A stretch of 56,832 bases of DNA, from positions 1-56,832 of IMG/VR virus record IMGVR_UViG_3300009073_000005; one strand, given 5' to 3'. This document shows, one piece after another, positions 39,815 through 48,059 of the stretch (position 1 is its first letter; the number at the start of each line of letters is the position of its first letter). Below the pieces are notes generated by a model. The model saw nothing but the letters and a program-made list of their open reading frames with translations, ran no database searches and was not told where the DNA came from. The position numbers were made by a program, and so were the translations under genes. This DNA is from a virus.

Positions 39815-39871
39815 CCGTCCGGTAGGCAAAGCTGATTTAAGCTTGCTCATTATCCGGGCGGATTTTGTTTT
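39815..39871 (+). terminator. Long hairpin plus T-run downstream of the tRNA
   Basis: CCGTCCGG (39815-39822) pairs with CCGGGCGG (39854-39861), with an inner AAGC/GCTT stem, followed by ATTTTGTTTT. Confidence 0.5.
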
Positions 39872-39980
39872 ACTTATAGCTTTTTAGTGCTACAATAGAG
39901 TGACAGTACCCAACACGCTACCCATTAGAACAGCGTCCCAGGTTGGGTCATTTTTATTTGCATTAAAAACGGGAGAAATA

Positions 39981-40175
39981 ATGGCATTTTTTGAGACTGA
40001 TTTTAAATTTGGGGACTCGTGCTTAGGGAAAACAAGTTCAACGATTAAAATGGAACATTCAGATGTTGTTGTTTTTGATAGCTTTTTTAGTGGTAAAAAC
40101 CTGATCCTTATGAGATTAATAAGTGCATTTAAAGAATACCCAAAACTTGATAGTTGTTTCTGGTTCAAGGGTTAG
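39981..40175 (+). CDS. Hypothetical protein (64 aa), AT-rich
   Basis: GGGAG lies 5 nt upstream of the ATG at 39981 (MAFFETDFKFG). The overlapping minus-strand ORF 39890..40168 has no RBS. Confidence 0.5.
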   Translation: MAFFETDFKFGDSCLGKTSSTIKMEHSDVVVFDSFFSGKNLILMRLISAFKEYPKLDSCFWFKG

Positions 40176-40185
40176 TTTATTTTTT

Positions 40186-40257
40186 GAGTCTTTAGTGTAA
40201 CGGTAGCACAGGCCCAGTGTGGGCGCATCAAGAGCAGGTTCGACTCCCGCGAGACTC
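40186..40257 (+). other. Degenerate tRNA-like element (72 nt) lacking a foldable anticodon arm
   Basis: Acceptor GAGTCTT/GAGACTC, D arm GTGT-AACGGTA-GCAC, T arm GCAGG-TTCGACT-CCCGC (one A-C mismatch). The central GGCCCAGTGTGGGCGCA gives no 5-bp stem with a 7-nt loop. Confidence 0.4.
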
Positions 40258-40276
40258 TTTAAGCTTGGAGGTTGTT

Positions 40277-40486
40277 ATGAGAATAAAAAGAATACTGTCA
40301 AGAAGCAGAAGAGACCTGGAATGCGAATATATTTGTGATTTCTGCGGTCACGAGCACGTGGACTATGGGTATGATGATCTCAATTTTCACGAAGAGGTAA
40401 TACCTAATTTTAAATGCCCTGATTGCGGAAAGAATGGTGGCAAACACAAGAGTTCACCAAAGTATGAGGACTCCAAGGTTATTTAA
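40277..40486 (+). CDS. Zinc-ribbon protein (69 aa)
   Basis: GGAGG RBS upstream of the ATG at 40277. CDFCGH .. CPDCGK, two CxxC pairs. Confidence 0.6.
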   Translation: MRIKRILSRSRRDLECEYICDFCGHEHVDYGYDDLNFHEEVIPNFKCPDCGKNGGKHKSSPKYEDSKVI

Positions 40487-40694
40487 GTTTTGATTGTATC
40501 TCGTACATGAGAGCTTGCATCGACTTAAATTCCCTGTTGAGAGACTCTATCTCGCTAGACTGGTGTTTCTCGGCAGAGGCAAGTCTTGATTTCAGCTTGA
40601 ATATCTTTGTCGAGTAAAATGTCATACCGGCCACAACCGCAATTATGACGATCAACCTCTCGACTCCAGCCAGGTAGTAATTAGCGCTGCTCAT
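40479..40694 (-). CDS. Membrane-anchored coiled-coil protein (71 aa), paralogue of 40691..41008
   Basis: ERLIVIIAVVAGMTF TM segment followed by a coiled coil. Confidence 0.55.
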   Translation of the reverse strand: MSSANYYLAGVERLIVIIAVVAGMTFYSTKIFKLKSRLASAEKHQSSEIESLNREFKSMQALMYEIQSKLK

Positions 40695-41008
40695 TCTAGT
40701 ATCATATCATCCGTTGGATAATATCTTTTCCCGTTTCTGTAGTGAGGCATGCGATCGTGCTTTTCTATCTTGTTGATAAAATATCTTCTGACCTCGGACA
40801 GTGAGTCTCGCATTCTATCAGAATAGTTTTTTAGGTTTCTAATCTCTACGTCCTGGACCTGCTCAACAATTGTCACCCTTTCGTTCAAGTCTGATATCAC
40901 GGTAGCGTATCCGAATGTGGCCGCAACCAGGGCAACGATAACCGTTATCCGCTCGGCCTTTCCGACGTGATCGTGACTCATTAATTCAGCTTTTTCTTCT
41001 GAGCTCAT
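40691..41008 (-). CDS. Membrane-anchored coiled-coil protein (105 aa from the ATG at 41008)
   Basis: ERITVIVALVAATFG TM segment followed by a coiled coil. 4-nt overlap with the downstream paralogue. Confidence 0.55.
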   Translation of the reverse strand: MSSEEKAELMSHDHVGKAERITVIVALVAATFGYATVISDLNERVTIVEQVQDVEIRNLKNYSDRMRDSLSEVRRYFINKIEKHDRMPHYRNGKRYYPTDDMILE

Positions 41009-41101
41009 TCCACACCATACACCCAATCTTTAAAAAATGTAAGCAGAACTGGGCCGTCAAACTAAAAAAGACCCATGGGGGTTTAAATAACTGCAAAATA
41101 G

Positions 41102-41323
41102 GTGTATCAGTTAAATATGAGTTCAGAAGAAGTTTTCAACGCATATATGATAAACAGCCTTTCGGAGCATATGGATCTAGACCATGAAACTGCAAAAGCA
41201 AAGGTCTCCTGCTATTTCAAGGGCGATTGCTGTTCTACTTATGCAAAGTATCTCGACATGTGCTCACTAACCTATAACGGTCCATCTTTTGACCTAACCG
41301 GAGGATATCTTGATCCAAAGTAA
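41102..41323 (+). CDS. Hypothetical protein (about 70 aa; start GTG 41102 or ATG 41117)
   Basis: Plus-strand ORF overlapping the next gene's start. Confidence 0.45.
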   Translation: MYQLNMSSEEVFNAYMINSLSEHMDLDHETAKAKVSCYFKGDCCSTYAKYLDMCSLTYNGPSFDLTGGYLDPK

Positions 41324-42221
41324 AAAACGCGTTCTCGTTCTGCTGCTAATCGGGGCACTTTTAAGTCTTGGAATGGCATCGACATCTGCCGTTATGGACG
41401 CAACATTTAACCCCCATTCCGGTTTAAACGTCCTTACCTCATGGGACCACTTAAACGCGACAAGGTACGACAGTTCAGATCGTGTTCGTGACGCATGGGC
41501 TCAGACCAATTACACAAGTCACCACACCGACAACATAGATCGACCGAAGACTGGAAAAACAACCCCTGTTCTTCTCGATGCTCGAAAAGCAAGAGATGGT
41601 GAACTCGAGGAGGCGTACGCCCTTATCGAAGAATACCAGCTCGAATACCAACCTGTACAGGGGGAGCGGAGTAATGGCAAAAAGTACAAGTTTAACAAAC
41701 TGTTTAATTTCGATGATATAAACCAGTGGCGAATTCACCACCCTGTCCACTACGTAAGAACGATAGACGAGAACGGGGTAGCGGGGGAAAGCACGACGGT
41801 TAAAGACCTGGCGCTCCAGCTTTGTATGACCGATGCTGGGAAATACTACGAGCCCGCCTCGTCGGATACATGTACCCCCGACGTAAAGATATCAAGGCCA
41901 GAGACCTATACCATATTCGCCGAGTACGACGACAAGGGCGGTTTCAATCTAGGTACGCACCTCTCCCAGATAAACTACAGTAAATCGGGTCACATAAAAA
42001 GCATGGGGAACGGGGACATCTATTTTGAAAAGGGGCCAAAAGAAGACCCCTCTCCGCTTATTCGGTTTTTGGCGCGAGCCGGGATAATCGACTATTACGA
42101 TGAATTCGTAGAGGAGAATTCGGAGGGTGATAAATTTTTAAGGGTAAGACACGTAGGAAGCCATGGATACGGTGATGTGATGTTTATGCCAATTCTCACA
42201 AAAGCGCAGGCTGGGCTTTAA
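41310..42221 (+). CDS. Secreted protein of unknown function (303 aa, TTG start)
   Basis: GGAGGA lies 4 nt upstream of the TTG. Signal peptide KKRVLVLLLIGALLSLGMASTSAVMDA. Confidence 0.65.
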   Translation: MIQSKKRVLVLLLIGALLSLGMASTSAVMDATFNPHSGLNVLTSWDHLNATRYDSSDRVRDAWAQTNYTSHHTDNIDRPKTGKTTPVLLDARKARDGELEEAYALIEEYQLEYQPVQGERSNGKKYKFNKLFNFDDINQWRIHHPVHYVRTIDENGVAGESTTVKDLALQLCMTDAGKYYEPASSDTCTPDVKISRPETYTIFAEYDDKGGFNLGTHLSQINYSKSGHIKSMGNGDIYFEKGPKEDPSPLIRFLARAGIIDYYDEFVEENSEGDKFLRVRHVGSHGYGDVMFMPILTKAQAGL

Positions 42222-42298
42222 TCTATAACTTCATGTATTGACTACTGCATGTAAAAATGTGATAAAGGTTAAGACAGACCTCCAGGTAATGTCACCTA

Positions 42299-42335
42299 GG
42301 GCCGCTTTCAACTCCCAGTTAGGCGGCCCTTTTTA
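42299..42335 (+). terminator. Rho-independent terminator
   Basis: GGGCCGC (42299-42305) and GCGGCCC (42323-42329) with a 17-nt loop, then TTTTT. Confidence 0.7.
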
Positions 42336-42356
42336 TTAAATTTAAAGGACGTAAAA

Positions 42357-42776
42357 ATGACAAAAAAGAGAGCAAGCACAAAAAAGAAACCGCAAAAAAC
42401 AAACAAGGCGGTAAAGCCAACACTCCGTCAAGCGATAAAGGCAAAGGCAGAGGGTAAGGATGAAAAACCTAAACGTTTAACTCTCAAATCACTTCGCCAG
42501 GAGTCAATAGAAAGTGGCAACAAGTTATTGATAACTATCAGACAGCTTTACCAGGAGTTTAGCAGTCATCGCGAGGAGTCAATAGAGCAGATCGAAGATG
42601 TAAAAAAAGTGGTCGAGATGCTTGGTGACAAGATTGACGAAAATAAGGGAGCGGACGATGGAAGATATATGCACGTAGAGGCAAATACGGGGGCGATACG
42701 GATAAACCAGCTATTTATAGCCATAACCTTCTGCGCGTCACTGGCGAACATCGCCCTGCATTTTCTTTCTAAGTAG
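42357..42776 (+). CDS. Tail-anchored membrane protein, lysine-rich N-terminus (139 aa)
   Basis: AAAGGA RBS. K-rich N-terminus and C-terminal TM segment LFIAITFCASLANIALHFL. Confidence 0.55.
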   Translation: MTKKRASTKKKPQKTNKAVKPTLRQAIKAKAEGKDEKPKRLTLKSLRQESIESGNKLLITIRQLYQEFSSHREESIEQIEDVKKVVEMLGDKIDENKGADDGRYMHVEANTGAIRINQLFIAITFCASLANIALHFLSK

Positions 42777-43179
42777 TGCCGCGAGCTTCTTTAAATAACC
42801 TGTAGAGTTCCCCTTTTCTTTTGGGGAAATCTCGGGTTATTTCTTTTATGAACGGCACCATGTTTGACTTGTTCTCGTCGATGGACCCGGCAATTGCCAT
42901 TTGCCCGGATATCTTCTCCCGAGCCGTCAGAACGAAGGATATTTCTATAAGCTTCTGAGCAACCTCTAGCTGGTTGTAGAATTTTATATCCATACCGTTT
43001 CCTATGTCCGCATCGTTAAGCGATATAAGATAAGCCATCGAGTTCCCCTTGTCTGTCAGGAACTCTATCTTTTTACAGACAACGCCCCAGTCTACAAGTT
43101 TTCTGCACAATTGCTTAGGTATAGAGAATACGCTTGCGATCTCTTTCTCGTTATAAGTTTTTGAGGTAACACTTCCCAT
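42769..43179 (-). CDS. Hypothetical protein, divergent from the replication operon (candidate regulator)
   Basis: 136 aa. Segment EIASVFSIPKQLCRKLVDWGVV looks HTH/winged-helix-like. The call is weak. Confidence 0.45.
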   Translation of the reverse strand: MGSVTSKTYNEKEIASVFSIPKQLCRKLVDWGVVCKKIEFLTDKGNSMAYLISLNDADIGNGMDIKFYNQLEVAQKLIEISFVLTAREKISGQMAIAGSIDENKSNMVPFIKEITRDFPKRKGELYRLFKEARGTT

Positions 43180-43214
43180 TCAACACTCTAGCATAAGGTG
43201 CCGAATTTTAACGA

Positions 43215-43242
43215 TTGAAGACGTTTGTTAAATTTTTATTCT
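43215..43242 (+). promoter_or_regulatory. Candidate promoter of the replication operon
   Basis: TTGAAG (43215-43220), 16 bp, TATTCT (43237-43242). Confidence 0.3.
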
Positions 43243-43325
43243 AATGTTTTGTTCATTTGGCTTGTCGATATGGAAAAACGGTGCCATTGTCTTATTTCAA
43301 TCTTTACGGATCGGGAGGCCCAATA

Positions 43326-46223
43326 ATGAGTATTAGTGACTTGAAAGATCGAAGAGATCTTGCAAAGCAATTTCTGGAGGTAATAAAGGGGTCGGAAGAT
43401 AAGCGGATAGGGATAACATCGCTACCGGGTGCAAAGAAAAAAGACGGCACCTCTTACCCTAATTACAACGGCGTTTTTGACAGCATACCGGCAGCGATAG
43501 ATGCGATCTTCGAACACGAGAGAATGAAGTTCGACGAAAAGCCGCAGTTCTTTCCATTTGTTAACAAATTAAACCCTGACACCGTAGAGGTAACGAATGG
43601 TTTTGTCAGGGGAATGTCCATAAAGCAGAACCAGATCGATGCGATCACGGTTCTGTGCGTGGACATTGACCCACCGGACAATTGCCCGCGACCGGTTGAG
43701 CGATCTACCTTGAACGAGTGCATAGATGCTGCAAAATTTATCGACCTGAAAATGAGAGAAAAACATTACCCGTCTGCGCTCATAACATCGAGCGGAAACG
43801 GTGCGCAGATGTTTTATAAGTGCGGCGAAGTTGAATATTTACCAGAGGAAGCCGAAGAGGATCTTGGGCATGTTTTCTTAAGGTTTATGCAGTTACACAG
43901 CGCAAACCCAAGACACGGTTTCGACTTTGACGTAACCGTTGACGTTAGCGTAGGGAACGCGGTAAGGATCATGCGCCTTCCCGGCACTAGAAACTGGAAA
44001 AAAAGAAATCGCGAAGGTAAGGATATCGTTTTTAGAACAGCTGATATCGTAACCGACATGAAACACTTTAACGCGCAACCTATACACCCGGACATGGTGA
44101 GTCTCCTTCGCGAATGGGGCAATGAAAACCCCAGCCATAAAAAGAAGACATTCTTTGGCGAGCTAAAGGCTGCGCCGATAACCGAGAAAGACTACGAAGA
44201 GGCCGAGGCTCGATGCTCATATGAGACAAGGATAAAGAGAGCCATAAAGTATGTTAAATCATGGGACCCGGAAGGAGAGGGAAATCGTTCAAATACCGTA
44301 TTCTCGACATCTGGACAATTTCTTACGCGCGGACTGCTTATAAGGATCGATGACGCCGCAAAGATAATGCACGAGCATTGGAATGTTAGAAACAAAAGCC
44401 CGCTACCGTTCGGTGGTCCCGGAATACAGAGCGGGCTGTGGTATCACACCTATAGATCTGCGATGCACGGAAAGAACGTGATGATGCTCGGGTCCGAGAT
44501 AGGCGAGTTATCAACAAAAGAGATTGAAGACGAGGCAAAAAGACTGGCCGGTTGGAATGAGGAGGCTGCCAGAAAACTTTCGATTGAGGCGTTGTGCCAC
44601 GCCGATATGGAAGTTGAGAACCTAATAAAACATACCAGTGAATTGGCGGACAAGGACCTGATACGGTCAGAGTCGAGAGGCACATACTTTGAGAAGTGCG
44701 CAATGACACCGGATATGATATGGGCGCCTGGCGGCAAGTCAAACGTGCTAAATCTTTTTACAGAATTCTGTATGGGTGCAAAGGGTGATATGCCCGCTGG
44801 AAGCTTGCTGGCGTCGCTGTCGCTTTTCTCGCAGCTTTTAAGCAAGAAATACAGCACACCCATATTCGAGCGACTCAAGGGCAATCTGGACCTCTGGAAT
44901 TGCCACATTGCGCGATCTGGTACTGGTAAGTCTTTTCCAGTCAAAAAGATATACAAGGCAGTGAAGGGTGCTGGTTGCGAATATATGATCGGAGGTGAGA
45001 CGATCGTGTCCAAAAAGTCTGCGCTTAATAAGTTGGTCATGTCGCCTGGTCACGGTGTTCTTTTCCCTATCGATGAAGCGGGCGATTTTTTCAGGGGGTT
45101 GCGGGAGGGAGGCGCAGGTTATCAGAAGGCAATAACCACCTTCCTAAAGGCTACTTATTCGGTGGATGATTATTGCGACGATATGTCGAACGAAGAATTC
45201 AAAGCGCAGAAGGGAAAGAAAAAGGTATCAATAAAGGTTGATAGGCCGTGTTTAGGAATTCACGCATCAATGACACCTGGTCAATTCAAGGATCTGTTCG
45301 ATGACCGGGACAAGGAGTCAGGCATGGCTAACAGGTGGCTGTTTCTTTACGACCTCATAATGCTCGTGGAGGACGAAATAGTGACGGACCCTAACCGAAA
45401 CGGGGGCTGCTTCGAGGAGGCGCTTGTGCCTTCCAAAGTAATTGACTTTATGAAGCTCATACCTGAAAAGTCTGAGCTGCCAGAGGGGTCAAAGCTTCAA
45501 GAGTACGATAAAGAGACAGGTGCAATAAAGGAGCCCGAGGGCGAAGATATAACGCCTTACTTTAATGTGGCGGACGTCATCGTTTGCGATTTCTCTGAGC
45601 TTGCCCATAGTGTGGCCTGTAACGTTAGAATGTTTGAGAACAAGATAAGGAAAAGACTGGATATAACGAGGAGCTATGTTCGGGAAAACAGCCTCGGCAG
45701 GTATTATCAAAACATAGTCAAGATCGCTTCCATATCCGCAATATGTCAATCCAAGAATTTGAAGAAGGTCATAATATCGGAGGACGATATGCGATGGGCG
45801 GCAAATATCGTAAATAGGAGCGTCGCTACTTTCTGGTCGATAGACTCCGAGTCTTCTTCGGTTTCATCTAACGAGAGGTACTATGACGAGCTCATTTCAG
45901 AACTAGAAAAAAGGTTTTCTCTGATGTCAGAGGAAGAAAGGATTTACAAGGGAGGTCTAACAAAAAGAGACCTTGTTAGGAACTCCAGAATGTGCGCATC
46001 GCTAAAGAAGACGCGAGTCAGTCACGGTGTGACGCAGCTGGACTCCGTGATCGATATGGCCCTCGCTAACGGTGACATCGTGGAAGTTTCAAAGGGCGAT
46101 CAGATAAAAAGAATAAGGGTAAGAGGCGAAGAGGCGCCGAAGCGAATAACCGAGAGATACTTGCCAACGTACAAGGACAGAAACGACCCAATGCTGGATA
46201 TGATGATATCAAAAAGATTTTAA
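43326..46223 (+). CDS. Bifunctional primase-polymerase (AEP) / helicase (DUF3987-like P-loop)
   Basis: GGGAGG RBS upstream of the ATG at 43326. AEP motifs VLCVDID, SGNGAQMFY, RIMRLPGTRNWK. Walker A ARSGTGKS and Walker B FPIDEAGDF in the C-terminal half. Confidence 0.8.
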   Translation: MSISDLKDRRDLAKQFLEVIKGSEDKRIGITSLPGAKKKDGTSYPNYNGVFDSIPAAIDAIFEHERMKFDEKPQFFPFVNKLNPDTVEVTNGFVRGMSIKQNQIDAITVLCVDIDPPDNCPRPVERSTLNECIDAAKFIDLKMREKHYPSALITSSGNGAQMFYKCGEVEYLPEEAEEDLGHVFLRFMQLHSANPRHGFDFDVTVDVSVGNAVRIMRLPGTRNWKKRNREGKDIVFRTADIVTDMKHFNAQPIHPDMVSLLREWGNENPSHKKKTFFGELKAAPITEKDYEEAEARCSYETRIKRAIKYVKSWDPEGEGNRSNTVFSTSGQFLTRGLLIRIDDAAKIMHEHWNVRNKSPLPFGGPGIQSGLWYHTYRSAMHGKNVMMLGSEIGELSTKEIEDEAKRLAGWNEEAARKLSIEALCHADMEVENLIKHTSELADKDLIRSESRGTYFEKCAMTPDMIWAPGGKSNVLNLFTEFCMGAKGDMPAGSLLASLSLFSQLLSKKYSTPIFERLKGNLDLWNCHIARSGTGKSFPVKKIYKAVKGAGCEYMIGGETIVSKKSALNKLVMSPGHGVLFPIDEAGDFFRGLREGGAGYQKAITTFLKATYSVDDYCDDMSNEEFKAQKGKKKVSIKVDRPCLGIHASMTPGQFKDLFDDRDKESGMANRWLFLYDLIMLVEDEIVTDPNRNGGCFEEALVPSKVIDFMKLIPEKSELPEGSKLQEYDKETGAIKEPEGEDITPYFNVADVIVCDFSELAHSVACNVRMFENKIRKRLDITRSYVRENSLGRYYQNIVKIASISAICQSKNLKKVIISEDDMRWAANIVNRSVATFWSIDSESSSVSSNERYYDELISELEKRFSLMSEEERIYKGGLTKRDLVRNSRMCASLKKTRVSHGVTQLDSVIDMALANGDIVEVSKGDQIKRIRVRGEEAPKRITERYLPTYKDRNDPMLDMMISKRF

Positions 46224-46251
46224 TGGGTTGACAAAAACGAGGGATAGAAAT

Positions 46252-46668
46252 ATGAAAAGGTATGATTACAATAAAGATAAGAATGTTAGCGGAGGAGGTT
46301 GGAGTGTCACGGCAAACGATCTACTCACTAATAAAGAAGGGAATGATAAAACAGTTAAAACCTGGACTGGTAAGAGTCCAGAGCGTTACCTTTGTGAGAA
46401 ACATGATACAGGAGAGGTATCGAAATTGATAAGCGAGAATTGGGCAGAGTTTGATTTTGAGACCGGCGATTTCTTGCTTAAAAAAACGGAAAACAACGAC
46501 CCGCAAACCGAGACGGAGGTCCTGTCACACGTTTTTGAATTGGTAACTATAATGGACTGGATACTGCATGGTTTCGATGTCATGGAAAAAGCACAAGTAG
46601 AGATGGAAAAAGTAATAGCAAGCGCCCATGAGGACGCATACAACGGAGAGATGGATTATGGCGTTTGA
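46252..46668 (+). CDS. Hypothetical protein (138 aa)
   Basis: GAGGGA lies 7 nt upstream of the ATG at 46252. Confidence 0.55.
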   Translation: MKRYDYNKDKNVSGGGWSVTANDLLTNKEGNDKTVKTWTGKSPERYLCEKHDTGEVSKLISENWAEFDFETGDFLLKKTENNDPQTETEVLSHVFELVTIMDWILHGFDVMEKAQVEMEKVIASAHEDAYNGEMDYGV

Positions 46669-47368
46669 TTTAAGCAAGTACAAGAGCACTAAGGAATGTG
46701 GACCTGATAAGCAGAGTAAGAAATATTTCTACTACGGCCCACCTGAAGCCGGGAAAACTACACTCACAAAAGGACTGATAGAAGAAGGTGTCTTCCTTAT
46801 TTCGTCAGAGCGAGGAAGCAGTTCTCTTGCCGATTACGACATCCCGACACAGGAAGTTTCAAATATAGAAGAGTGCATCGAGATGGTTAGAAAGATTATC
46901 AACGAAGACAAGGGCGAGACGATTAAGCATATCGTAATTGATTCTCTTTCCGATCTACTAGGTCGCGATGTGGCTGCTGGGTCCGGTGACGGAAGAAAGG
47001 TCTACGGTACCATGTTTGCGAAATTCCAGAAGCTTATGCTTTTATTTGAGGGTCAAAATGCCCCTACTTTCTGGGGGATATCTCACCAGGAAGACGAGAA
47101 AAAGTACACATCATCCGAGAATTTTATTCTCACCGGAAAGGTTATGCCCTCACTTCCGGGCTCGGCCTCGTGGAATAAGATCCAGTATGAGTTTGATCTC
47201 ATAATGCGACTTACTGTTATCGACGGCGTTCGAAAGCTACAGTGTCGGGACTCAGATAAGGGCTGGGCAAAGGATCGAACCGGGCTTCTCGATAAGTGGG
47301 AAGAGGCAGACTTGGGCCATGTCTTGAAGAAGCTAAGAGGCGGTAAGATTGAAGAAGACGCAACATGA
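46658..47368 (+). CDS. Sak4-like / AAA_24 RecA-fold ATPase
   Basis: GGAGAG RBS upstream of the ATG at 46658. Walker A YGPPEAGKTT, Walker B HIVIDSLSDL. Confidence 0.7.
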   Translation: MAFDLSKYKSTKECGPDKQSKKYFYYGPPEAGKTTLTKGLIEEGVFLISSERGSSSLADYDIPTQEVSNIEECIEMVRKIINEDKGETIKHIVIDSLSDLLGRDVAAGSGDGRKVYGTMFAKFQKLMLLFEGQNAPTFWGISHQEDEKKYTSSENFILTGKVMPSLPGSASWNKIQYEFDLIMRLTVIDGVRKLQCRDSDKGWAKDRTGLLDKWEEADLGHVLKKLRGGKIEEDAT

Positions 47369-47531
47369 TGATTGCATCAAGAAACGTATCGGACGTCATT
47401 CGTTTGATCATAGTTTTTATTGCGCTGATTGTGATGTAGTCATTGTCGATTTCGACTTAGAGGGCTACACCAATCATTTATACGAGGTTTTTAGGTCCAG
47501 AAGGATCTACTTAAACGAAACTAACAACTAA
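47349..47531 (+). CDS. Possible small Cys/His protein (60 aa, TTG start)
   Basis: GAGG lies 8 nt upstream of the TTG. DDC..H..H..CADC pattern. No in-frame ATG. Confidence 0.35.
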   Translation: MKKTQHDDCIKKRIGRHSFDHSFYCADCDVVIVDFDLEGYTNHLYEVFRSRRIYLNETNN

Positions 47532-47553
47532 CAACTAACAACTAACAACTAAG
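47521..47553 (+). repeat. Heptanucleotide tandem repeat (CTAACAA)x4 plus a partial unit
   Basis: Read directly: CTAACAA CTAACAA CTAACAA CTAACAA CTAAGG, ending 10 nt before the ATG at 47564. Confidence 0.9.
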
Positions 47554-47563
47554 GAAAAAAAAT

Positions 47564-48016
47564 ATGCATGATCTATCAAAATTCTACCAAGAATTCGACA
47601 ATGGTACACTCAAGACAGGCGGCAACAGTGACGACACTATCCCGGACGGAAAGCACCTAGTACAGTATGACGAATACAAGTCTGGAGTATCAAAAAGCGG
47701 TAACGCGTATGAGCTTTATGAGCTTGTTATCTTGAGCGAGAACAGTAAAGGGCTGCGGACATCAAAGTACGCAAACTTTAATAGCAAAAACGAGAAAAGC
47801 CGAGACTACGCATTCAAAGAGGCTGCGATCGTTTGCGGTGTTAACGGGATTCGCCCAGCTCCTTTTTCCGGTGAGAAGCTTGAAAAGTGTGTCGTTTGGG
47901 CAGACTTTGTAACGAAAGATTACCAGGGGCAGCCTCATCAGAATATTTATATTCTCAACGAGTCAGTGCCAGAGGGGCAGGCCAAGAAGGATCAAGACCC
48001 TTTCGCCAATGCCTAA
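47564..48016 (+). CDS. DUF669-like putative ssDNA-binding protein
   Basis: 150 aa between the Sak4-like ATPase and the helicase, the usual DUF669 position. The TIPDGKHLVQYDEY..SKSGNAYELYELVI pattern fits loosely. Confidence 0.4.
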   Translation: MHDLSKFYQEFDNGTLKTGGNSDDTIPDGKHLVQYDEYKSGVSKSGNAYELYELVILSENSKGLRTSKYANFNSKNEKSRDYAFKEAAIVCGVNGIRPAPFSGEKLEKCVVWADFVTKDYQGQPHQNIYILNESVPEGQAKKDQDPFANA

Positions 48017-48024
48017 CATTTAAC

Positions 48025-48048
48025 GGCGGGCTTCGGCCCGCTTTTTTT
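48025..48048 (+). terminator. Rho-independent terminator
   Basis: GGCGGGC-TTCG-GCCCGC followed by TTTTTTT. Confidence 0.75.
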
Positions 48049-48059
48049 AACTGGGAAAT

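Noticed and set aside
40186-40257. Calling the second tRNA-like sequence a functional or suppressor tRNA
   Set aside because: I could not fold an anticodon arm with a 5-bp stem and a 7-nt loop in any register. The best alternative gives a loop CAGTGTG without U33 and without a purine at position 37.
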